From: FCB group bacterium
GTDB taxonomy: Bacteria > Hydrogenedentota > Hydrogenedentia > Hydrogenedentales > SLHB01
Direction of reading: 5' to 3'
Assembly: GCA_034004565.1 (NCBI GenBank)
Contig: JAVEWL010000099.1
Location: forward strand, 1-11,706
DNA: 11,706 bases
Position numbers and translations under genes: made by a program. Below the pieces are notes generated by a model. The model had not been told where the DNA came from. It worked only from the letters and a program-made list of their open reading frames with translations, and did no database searches. Shown in pieces: positions 1 through 5,981 of the stretch. Each line of letters starts with the position of its first letter. Positions within the stretch are counted from its first letter, which is position 1.

Positions 1-43
1 CGTGGTTGCAGTTCTTTGAGTCTTTGTGGCTTTGTGGTGATCT
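1..43 (+). repeat. Truncated copy (tail end) of the repeat family that forms the 5316..5925 palindrome. It has the same orientation as the right arm there (5859..5925) and continues leftward off the window.
   Basis: Bases 1-10 'cgtggttgca' are identical to 5859-5868. Bases 30-43 'tttgtggtgatctt' are identical to 5908-5921. The intervening 20-mer matches the right-arm 18/20-mer unit at about 16/20, and one 18-nt unit is missing relative to the right arm. The copy abuts the cobA-hemD stop codon (44-46). Confidence 0.6.
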
Positions 44-1558
44 TTATCTTCCGGGCCAGTTTGTGATGGCTTCGACTAGGGAGGGGATGTCGTGGGTGGG
101 GGGTTCGATGGCGATGGGGATGCCGAGGTCTTCGGCGGTTTTTCGGGTGATGGGGCCGATGGCGGCGAAGGCGGTGGTTTGGGCGAGGGTGTGGAGGCGG
201 TCGGGGCCTACCATCTCGCAGAAGTTCTGGACCGTTGACGAGCTGGTGAAGGTGATGAGCTCGGGGTTGTATTTTACGAGGGCATCGGCGAGTTCGTTGG
301 AGGACTCGGGGCGCATGGTGCGGTAGGCGACGAGTTCTTTCACTTCGGCGCCGCGTTTGCGCAGCTCGACGGGGAGGAAGCTTCGGGCGATGTCGGCGCG
401 TGGGAGCAGGAAGCGTTTGCCTTCGAGGGGGCCTTCGGCTTTGACGAGGGCATCCAGGAGATCTTCGGCGACGTATTTCTCTGGGATGAGGTCGACACGC
501 AGGAAACGTTTGCGGATGGCCTCGGCGGTGGCGGTGCCGATGGCGCAGAGTTTCACGCCGGCAAGGTCGCGGCCGTCCTGGCCTAGGGCTTCCATGCGGT
601 CGAAGAGCATGTCGGCGCCGTTGACGCTGGTGACGATGACCCAGTCGTAGTCGCCGACATAGCCGAAGGGCTCGGGTTCGTCGGGCGGGGCGATCTGGAT
701 CGTGGGGAATTCGAAGATGTCGGCGCCGAGCGCGGCGAGGCGCTTGACGAGATCGCTGGCCTGGGCCTTGGCGCGCGTGACGACGATGCGGCGTCCGAAC
801 AGCGGGCGGCTTTCGAACCAGCTTATTTGATCGTGGAGGGAAACGACGTCGCCGACGACGGTAATGGACGGCGGCTGGACTTTTTCGGCCTCGCAGCGTT
901 CGACGATGTTGGCAAGGGTTCCGACGACGGTGCGCTGCTTGGGGTAGGTGCCCCATTCGATGACGGCCACGGGGGTTTCGGGCGCGCGGCCGAGTTCGAT
1001 GAGGCGGGCCGCGACGCGGGCGAGGCCTTTGACGGCCATATAAAGGACGAGGGTGCCGTTTGTGACGGTGCGCAGGGGATCGGGGATGCCCTGGGGACTG
1101 TCGGGGTCGCCGTGGGCGGTGATGAAGGCCACGCCGGCGGAGACGTTGCGGTGGGTGACGGGTATGCCCGCGTAGGCCGGTACGGCGATGCCGGCCGTGA
1201 CGCCGGGGACGACTTCGAAGGGGATGCCGTGCTGCGCGAGGAGGAGTGCCTCTTCCCCACCCCGGCCGAATACGAAGGGGTCGCCGCCTTTGAGCCGCAC
1301 GACGCGCGAGTAACGGCCGGACATCTCGACGAGGAGGCGGTTGATCTCTTCCTGGAGGAGCGTGTGGCGGTCGGTGGTCTTGCCGACGAACACCTTCTCC
1401 GCGTGCGGCGGACAGAATTCGAGGAGCGCCTCGTTCGCGAGGTAGTCGTAGATGACGACGTCGGCGTGTTCGAGGCACTCGCGTCCGCGCAGGGTCAACA
1501 GTCCCGGGTCACCGGGGCCCGCGCCGACGAGATAGACTTTTCCCTGGACGCGACTCAT
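44..1558 (-). CDS. cobA-hemD: Bifunctional uroporphyrinogen-III C-methyltransferase / uroporphyrinogen-III synthase (CobA/SUMT N-terminal domain fused to HemD C-terminal domain), 504 aa.
   Basis: The N-terminus has the SUMT hallmarks VYLVGAGPGDPGLLTLRG...ADVVIYD...RLKGGDPFVFGRGGEE. The C-terminal half matches the HemD fold (GRRIVVTRAKAQASDLVKRLAALGADIFEFPTIQI...). The start is chosen at MSRVQ (ATG 1556-1558) because it forms an ATGA overlap with the hemC stop. The 19 codons upstream in the ORF track overlap hemC and are unlikely to be translated. Confidence 0.85.
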   Translation of the reverse strand: MSRVQGKVYLVGAGPGDPGLLTLRGRECLEHADVVIYDYLANEALLEFCPPHAEKVFVGKTTDRHTLLQEEINRLLVEMSGRYSRVVRLKGGDPFVFGRGGEEALLLAQHGIPFEVVPGVTAGIAVPAYAGIPVTHRNVSAGVAFITAHGDPDSPQGIPDPLRTVTNGTLVLYMAVKGLARVAARLIELGRAPETPVAVIEWGTYPKQRTVVGTLANIVERCEAEKVQPPSITVVGDVVSLHDQISWFESRPLFGRRIVVTRAKAQASDLVKRLAALGADIFEFPTIQIAPPDEPEPFGYVGDYDWVIVTSVNGADMLFDRMEALGQDGRDLAGVKLCAIGTATAEAIRKRFLRVDLIPEKYVAEDLLDALVKAEGPLEGKRFLLPRADIARSFLPVELRKRGAEVKELVAYRTMRPESSNELADALVKYNPELITFTSSSTVQNFCEMVGPDRLHTLAQTTAFAAIGPITRKTAEDLGIPIAIEPPTHDIPSLVEAITNWPGR

Positions 1559-2475
1559 CGGATGGCCGCGATGATTTCGGCCGCTCCCTGCCGCAGGAGC
1601 TCGTCGGCGGCCCATTGGCCCAGGTCTTCCGGTTTCGCGGCGGGGGCCTCGATCTGTGTTTTGAGGAGCTTCATGCCGTCGAGGCTGGCGACGATGGCGG
1701 TGAGCACCATCATGTCGCCGTTCACGCGACCGAGCGCGCCGACGGGGACCTGGCAGCCGCCTTCGAGGACGGCGAGCAATGTGCGTTCGGCGCGGGTCTC
1801 GAGATCGGCGTTGTGGTCCGAGAGGCGCTGAAGCAGAGCCTTCAATTCATCGTCGTCCTCGCGGATCTCGATGCCGAGCGCGCCCTGGCCGACGGCGGAG
1901 ACCATGACCTCCGGTTCGATGACCTGGCGGATGACGTCGGCGTGGCCGAGGCGGTGGAGGCCCGCGCTGGCCATGATACCGGCGTTGGGCGAATCTTCTC
2001 TGATCTTGCGCACGCGCGTGTCGACATTGCCGCGCAGGTCGATAATGTTGAGATCGGGGCGCACGGCGCGGAGTTGCGCGGCGCGGCGCAGGCTCGATGT
2101 GCCTACGGTCGTGTCCGGCGGAAGCGCTTCGAGCGAATCCCATTTGAAGCATACCAGCGCGTCTCGCGGATCCTCGCGCGGCGGGACGGCGCCGAGGGCG
2201 AGGCCGTCGGGGAGCGTCGTGGGGAGATCCTTGAGGCTGTGAACCGCGAGGTCGGCGCGTTTTTCGAGCATGGCCACCTCGAGTTCCTTGGTGAAGAGGC
2301 CCTTGCCGCCGATGCGGGCGAGGGGCGCGTCGAGGATGCGGTCGCCCTTGGTCGAGACGATCTCGATGTCGACGGTGAGGCCGGGCTCGAGGGCGCGCAG
2401 GCGATCCGCGACCCAGTTGGACTGGGTGAGGGCGAGTTGACTGCCGCGCGATACGATGACGATACGGTTTCTCAT
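1555..2475 (-). CDS. hemC: Porphobilinogen deaminase (hydroxymethylbilane synthase), 306 aa.
   Basis: Strong HemC-like sequence throughout (MRNRIVIVSRGSQLALTQSNWV..., GGKGLFTKELE, dipyrromethane-cofactor Cys region LEGGCQVPVGALG). The start ATG 2473-2475 overlaps the hemA stop (ATGA) and the stop 1555-1557 overlaps the cobA-hemD start (ATGA). The long N-terminal extension in the 654-aa ORF is a GC-rich open frame overlapping hemA and is not coding. Confidence 0.9.
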   Translation of the reverse strand: MRNRIVIVSRGSQLALTQSNWVADRLRALEPGLTVDIEIVSTKGDRILDAPLARIGGKGLFTKELEVAMLEKRADLAVHSLKDLPTTLPDGLALGAVPPREDPRDALVCFKWDSLEALPPDTTVGTSSLRRAAQLRAVRPDLNIIDLRGNVDTRVRKIREDSPNAGIMASAGLHRLGHADVIRQVIEPEVMVSAVGQGALGIEIREDDDELKALLQRLSDHNADLETRAERTLLAVLEGGCQVPVGALGRVNGDMMVLTAIVASLDGMKLLKTQIEAPAAKPEDLGQWAADELLRQGAAEIIAAIR

Positions 2476-3746
2476 GGGGTTTCTTTCAGTCCGAATAAAC
2501 GTTTCACCAAGTGTAACACCGTGTGCGGGTCGTGGTGACCCATTTCGCGCTTGAGCTGGCTCATGGGGCGCTGGAGGATCGTGTTCACGATGCGCTTGGA
2601 CATGTACTCGATTTCTTCGCGTTGCTTGTCGGTAAGGTCCGGCATTGAGGAGAGCGTCTTCGCGAGTTCGCGTTCGCGGATGGTGTTGAGCTCCTGCGAC
2701 ATCTCGACGATGGTCGGTTCCGCTACGAGCGTGTGTACCCAATGCATGAACTGGGCCACACCCTCGTCGACGATCTCGATGCAGCGGTCGATTTCCTGGC
2801 GGCGCGCTTCCTTGTTCTGCTCGGCGACCTGCTGGAGGTCGTCCACGTCGTAGACGTAGACGTTGTCGAGATCGTTGACCGCGGGATCGACGTTGCGCGG
2901 GACGGCGATGTCGATAACGAACATCGGCTGCTGGGCGCGCTGTTTCAGGGCGTGGTGGAAGTGATCCGGGCGCAGGATGTAGCCGGGCGCGCCGGTGGAC
3001 GCAACGACGATATCGGCTCGGTGCAGGTGGTCTTCCATGACGTCGAGCGCGATGGCTTCGCCGCCGTGCATATCGGCCAGTTCCTGTGCCTTCTCGACGC
3101 TGCGGTTGACCATGAGCAGGTTTCCGGCACCCTTCGAGACGAGGGTTTTCAGGGTAAGCTCGCCCATCTTCCCGGAGCCGACGATCATGACCGTCTTGCC
3201 TTCGAGGTTCATGAAAATGGAGACGGCGAGGTCGACGGCCACGGAGCCGATGGAGACTTTGCCTTCGCTGATGGCGGTGTGCGTGCGCACGCTCTTCGAG
3301 ACCGAAAAAGCCTTCTGGAAGAGGGCGCTGATGATCTTGTCGGTGCTCTGTTCGGCCTGGGCGAGGAGGTAGGCGTCGTGGACCTGGCCGAGGACCTGGT
3401 TCTCCCCCACCACCATGCTGTCGAGACTGCACGCGACGCGGAACAGGTGGCCGACCGCCTCGTCTTCGGTGTATTCGTAGAGGTGATCGCGGAACTCGGT
3501 CTCCGGTATGCCGTGCCATTCGGAGAGGAACTTGCGCAGTTCGGCACAGAGCTCCAGGGGTTCGGTGGCGTAGCTCGCGTACAACTCGACGCGGTTGCAG
3601 GTGGACAGGATCACCGCCCCCACGCCGTCGAGCTGCTTGCGAAGGCGTTGCAGCGCATTCCGCGCCGCCTCGGGCGGGAAATGCAACCGCTCGCGAAGTT
3701 CGACGGGCCCGGTACGGTGATTCAGGCCTACAACGACGACACTCAT
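2472..3746 (-). CDS. hemA: Glutamyl-tRNA reductase, 424 aa.
   Basis: Typical HemA N-terminus MSVVVVGLNHRTGPVELRERL with the catalytic Cys region ILSTCNRVELY. It also has an NADPH-binding Rossmann motif (MIVGSGKMGELTLKTL) and a C-terminal dimerisation region. The start ATG 3744-3746 overlaps the upstream stop (ATGA). Confidence 0.9.
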   Translation of the reverse strand: MSVVVVGLNHRTGPVELRERLHFPPEAARNALQRLRKQLDGVGAVILSTCNRVELYASYATEPLELCAELRKFLSEWHGIPETEFRDHLYEYTEDEAVGHLFRVACSLDSMVVGENQVLGQVHDAYLLAQAEQSTDKIISALFQKAFSVSKSVRTHTAISEGKVSIGSVAVDLAVSIFMNLEGKTVMIVGSGKMGELTLKTLVSKGAGNLLMVNRSVEKAQELADMHGGEAIALDVMEDHLHRADIVVASTGAPGYILRPDHFHHALKQRAQQPMFVIDIAVPRNVDPAVNDLDNVYVYDVDDLQQVAEQNKEARRQEIDRCIEIVDEGVAQFMHWVHTLVAEPTIVEMSQELNTIRERELAKTLSSMPDLTDKQREEIEYMSKRIVNTILQRPMSQLKREMGHHDPHTVLHLVKRLFGLKETP

Positions 3747-4591
3747 TCGCCCATGCCCCAGAAATTGTAGTTGTTCAGTTGGCTCAGGCCGAGGATCAGG
3801 TGGGCGACGAGAAGCACGCCGAACCCGATGAAGACGAAATAGGCGAGCTTGGGTCCGCGCAGGCGGCCCAGGCGGCGTCCGTGGAACGCGGCGGAATAGA
3901 ACGTGGCCATGAGAAGGGCCATGATGATTTTCGGGGCCATCCACCAATTCGGGCCGAGCAGTTCGCTTTCGACATAGGCCCAGATGAAACCGAGGATGAG
4001 TGTGATGGCGAAGAGGGGATAGCCGATCTTGATCAGGCGGAACAGGATGCGGTCGAGTTGCTCGAGCGACGGTAGTTTCTGGAAGAGGCCCAGGGTCTGG
4101 CGGTGCTTGAGGCGATTGGCCTGGAAGACATAGGCCACGCTGGTGACGCTGGCGACGAAGAACAGGGCGTAGGCGAGAAAGGCGAGGCCTACGTGGACCG
4201 TGAGGAACAGGCCCTGGAGTTCGCGGGGCTCGTCGCGCAGGTAAATGTGCGCCACGGTGGCGTTGAGCAACGCGATGAGGGCCACCGGGGGAAGGTAGAA
4301 GCTCAGCAGCGAACCCATGCGCTCCTGTTTCGCCACGATGACCATGACGATGGTGCTCAGCAGCACGAAAAGATTCAGGGAATCGGTGACGTTCGTGAGG
4401 GGAAGGCGTTCCCATGCGGTGATGCGCAGGGCGAAGGTGACGAGGATGAGCACGGCGCCGGCCAGGGCGATCCCGTACGCGGCTTTGAGGAGGCGATCCT
4501 CCTGCCGACGCAGGTAGGCCGCAGCCACGATCGCCGCGACGGCGTAGAAGGCCACGCCGGCGTAGAACGTGAAATAAATGGCGCCCATCAT
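3743..4591 (-). CDS. HemX-like / CcsA-family (cytochrome c assembly protein family) polytopic membrane protein, 282 aa.
   Basis: About 8 hydrophobic helices and a Trp-rich segment (LLGPNWWMAPKII). It sits between sirC and hemA as an in-operon membrane protein, like hemX of Firmicutes hemAXCDBL. The start is chosen at MMGAIYF (ATG 4589-4591) to give an ATGA overlap with the sirC stop. The 58 upstream codons in the ORF track overlap sirC. The family call rests on composition and context, not on a search. Confidence 0.6.
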   Translation of the reverse strand: MMGAIYFTFYAGVAFYAVAAIVAAAYLRRQEDRLLKAAYGIALAGAVLILVTFALRITAWERLPLTNVTDSLNLFVLLSTIVMVIVAKQERMGSLLSFYLPPVALIALLNATVAHIYLRDEPRELQGLFLTVHVGLAFLAYALFFVASVTSVAYVFQANRLKHRQTLGLFQKLPSLEQLDRILFRLIKIGYPLFAITLILGFIWAYVESELLGPNWWMAPKIIMALLMATFYSAAFHGRRLGRLRGPKLAYFVFIGFGVLLVAHLILGLSQLNNYNFWGMGE

Positions 4592-5229
4592 GATCGTTCG
4601 TCCCCCGTGGCCAGTCCCGCCACTCGTTCGGATACCCAGGCTTCGCGTTCGGCGGGCGTAGCGCGTTTGAAGCGCTCGTAACCCTCGCGAGACGCGAATT
4701 CGGCGGCTATCCGTTCCCGCACGGCACGGTCCGTCGCGCGCTCCCGCACGCGCTCCCGCACCCATCCTAGAAAACCCACGTAATCGGCATAATCTTCCGG
4801 GAAAAGATCTTCGAGATCACGGCGAAGGCGTTTGGCCAGGGCCGGGGCCTCGCCTGCAGTCGATATGGCGATGGCGAGGGGGCCTCGGTCCAGGACCGAC
4901 GGTACGTGGAAGTCGCACAGGTCGGGCGCATCGACCACGTTGCAGAGGATGCCGTTCGCGCGGCAGGCTTCGGCCACGGCGCGATTGACGGCGGGGTCGT
5001 CGGTGGCCGCGACGGCGAGGAAGGCGCCGGCCATGTCGTTGGGCTCGAAGGGACGGTGACGGAGGACGGTGTTCTGCAGCGCTTCGAATTCGGGGAGGAA
5101 TTTCGGGCTTACGACGGTCAGGCGCGCGCCGGCGGAAAGCATGGGAAGTGCCTTGCCGAGGGCGATTTTTCCGCCGCCGACTATGAGGCAGGGTCTGCCT
5201 TCGAGTTTTATGAAGATGGGATATGTCAT
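4588..5229 (-). CDS. sirC: Precorrin-2 dehydrogenase / sirohydrochlorin ferrochelatase (siroheme synthase N-terminal-domain protein, SirC/Met8-like), 213 aa.
   Basis: N-terminal NAD-binding motif IFIKLEGRPCLIVGGGKIALGKALPMLSAGARLTVVSP is typical of the CysG N-domain / SirC family. The start is MTYPIF (ATG 5227-5229). The first 17 codons of the track ORF run into the intergenic region. Confidence 0.8.
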   Translation of the reverse strand: MTYPIFIKLEGRPCLIVGGGKIALGKALPMLSAGARLTVVSPKFLPEFEALQNTVLRHRPFEPNDMAGAFLAVAATDDPAVNRAVAEACRANGILCNVVDAPDLCDFHVPSVLDRGPLAIAISTAGEAPALAKRLRRDLEDLFPEDYADYVGFLGWVRERVRERATDRAVRERIAAEFASREGYERFKRATPAEREAWVSERVAGLATGDERS

Positions 5230-5268
5230 TTGGGCCCGGCGCCTATGCCTTTCCTTAACAGTGGAAAC

Positions 5269-5298
5269 AGCATACCGCATGGTTGGGATTGAAGCGAA
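5269..5298 (-). promoter_or_regulatory. Candidate sigma70-like promoter for the hem operon (minus-strand -35 TTCGCT, 18-nt spacer, -10 TATGCT).
   Basis: The plus-strand revcomp of 'agcgaa' (5293-5298) and 'agcata' (5269-5274) gives these hexamers. They lie in the 86-nt gap between the sirC start and the edge of the palindromic repeat. This is weak sequence-only evidence and no clear SD precedes the sirC ATG. Confidence 0.2.
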
Positions 5299-5334
5299 AT
5301 GGGCGGAGCCGGGGAGTAAAGATCACCACAAAGG

Positions 5335-5370
5335 CACGAAGACACAAAGAACCACGAAGACACAAAGAAC
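5335..5370. repeat. Perfect 18-nt tandem repeat x2 (cacgaagacacaaagaac) inside the left arm. The right arm carries one clean unit (5887-5904) plus a degenerate one, and the copy at 1-43 has one unit.
   Basis: Read directly from the sequence. The copy number varies between arms and copies, as in a minisatellite. Confidence 0.8.
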
Positions 5371-5586
5371 AGCAAGAGAAAGGCAACCACGAATGGGACG
5401 AATGGAACGAATCTGAGCCGGGGTAGCCCGAACGCGGAGGACTGTCCCCAACGGAAAACGGGGACTGTTCCACTTTTGGCAAGCGTCCAACTTCCTGCGA
5501 AGCCCACGGCTTGCCTTGGCCCAAACAGTCAAACGGTCCCGCTGACCAAAAGTGGAAACTGTCCCTGCTTTCCGGGAAGGGAATGG

Positions 5587-5613
5587 GTCTTATGAGTCTT
5601 ATAGGTCTTATGG
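5587..5613. repeat. 9-nt tandem repeat x3 (gtcttatga / gtcttatag / gtcttatgg) at the symmetry centre of the palindrome.
   Basis: Read directly. The local AT content is much higher than the ~65% GC surroundings. Confidence 0.75.
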
Positions 5614-5931
5614 GCACCTATTCCCGTTTTGGTCTATAGGGTTCATTTCGTTCATGGGGTCCATTGGTTTTGGCGGAAAGCGGGGACAGTTTCCACTTTT
5701 GATCGGTGGGGCTGATTGGCTGTATGGGCGGTTGCTGGGCTGTGGGCTTCGCAGGCAGTTGGACGCTTGCCAAAAGTGGAACAGTCCCCGTTTTCCGTTG
5801 GGGGCAGTTCTCCGCGTTTGGGCTACCCCCGCTCAGATTCGTTCCATTCGTCCCATTCGTGGTTGCATTTCCCGCTTTTCTTCGTGGTTCTTTGTGTCTT
5901 CGTGCCTTTGTGGTGATCTTCTGAATGAAAA

Positions 5932-5964
5932 CACCCCCAAGTCATGAAGCCGACTTGGGGGTGC
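5932..5964 (-). terminator. Rho-independent terminator of the NfeD-flotillin operon.
   Basis: A perfect 12-bp stem (5932-5943 cacccccaagtc / 5953-5964 gacttgggggtg) encloses a 9-nt loop. On the minus strand it is followed by TTTTCATT (revcomp of 5924-5931). It lies 18 nt downstream of the flotillin stop (5982-5984) and directly abuts the palindrome's right end. Confidence 0.6.
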
Positions 5965-5981
5965 CACAAGAGTCGTTTGGG

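Larger units (their letters stand above)
5316..5925. repeat. Composite ~610-bp non-coding palindromic repeat element. The left arm (~5316-5510) and right arm (~5742-5925) are ~90% identical in inverted orientation. A nested inner inverted repeat occupies 5535-5565 and 5667-5703, around a relatively AT-rich centre.
   Basis: Direct base-by-base comparison of the reverse complement of 5319-5510 with 5742-5921 shows long identical runs, for example cttgccaaaagtggaacagtccccgttttccgttgg and gctcagattcgttccattcgtcccattcgtggttgc. The arms differ mainly by one extra 18-nt unit in the left arm. There is no credible ORF. A further partial copy lies at 1-43. Confidence 0.85.

Noticed and set aside
1559-1615. 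N-terminal extensions of the track ORFs for cobA-hemD (19 aa), hemC (348 aa), hemA (223 aa), the hemX-like gene (58 aa) and sirC (17 aa).
   Set aside because: Each extension overlaps the 3' end of the upstream gene in another frame. The conserved protein N-termini begin at internal Met codons that form ATGA overlaps with the upstream stops, so the extensions are open-frame artefacts.
827-1831. 334-aa plus-strand ORF, together with similar long ORFs at 1615..2538 (+), 2733..3770 (+), 1871..2242 (+), 6318..7094 (+), 6101..6913 (-), 7570..8214 (+), 7625..8356 (-), 8608..9597 (-), 9554..11179 (-) and 9748..10482 (+).
   Set aside because: All lie in alternative frames or antisense to well-supported genes (hem enzymes, flotillin, NfeD, ICMT-DUF218, PHP protein). 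Their translations are Arg/Pro/Gly/Ala-rich low-complexity strings, as expected from stop-poor frames in ~65% GC DNA, and they have no recognisable domains.
5230-5315. Cobalamin or other riboswitch in the hem operon leader.
   Set aside because: The leader is only ~86 nt, and neither it nor the adjacent element has a B12-box-like GCCACTG core or the conserved riboswitch helices.
5460-5702. Possible oriC, because of the TTTCCAC cores in the repeated motif.
   Set aside because: They match the DnaA-box consensus (TTATCCACA) at only 6-7 of 9 positions and lack the terminal A. No dnaA, dnaN or gidA is adjacent, and the same sequence occurs in at least one other copy, at the window start.
5226-5947. 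Small ORFs inside the palindromic element (5226..5507 -, 5255..5617 -, 5323..5532 -, 5552..5947 +, 5706..5924 +, 5716..5916 +).
   Set aside because: They come in mirror-image pairs, purely because of the inverted-repeat symmetry. Their 'conserved' peptides (..GSWTLAKSGTVPVFRWGQ..FVPFVPFVV..) derive from the tandem 9- and 18-nt repeats. They have no start context or SD and no domain resemblance.
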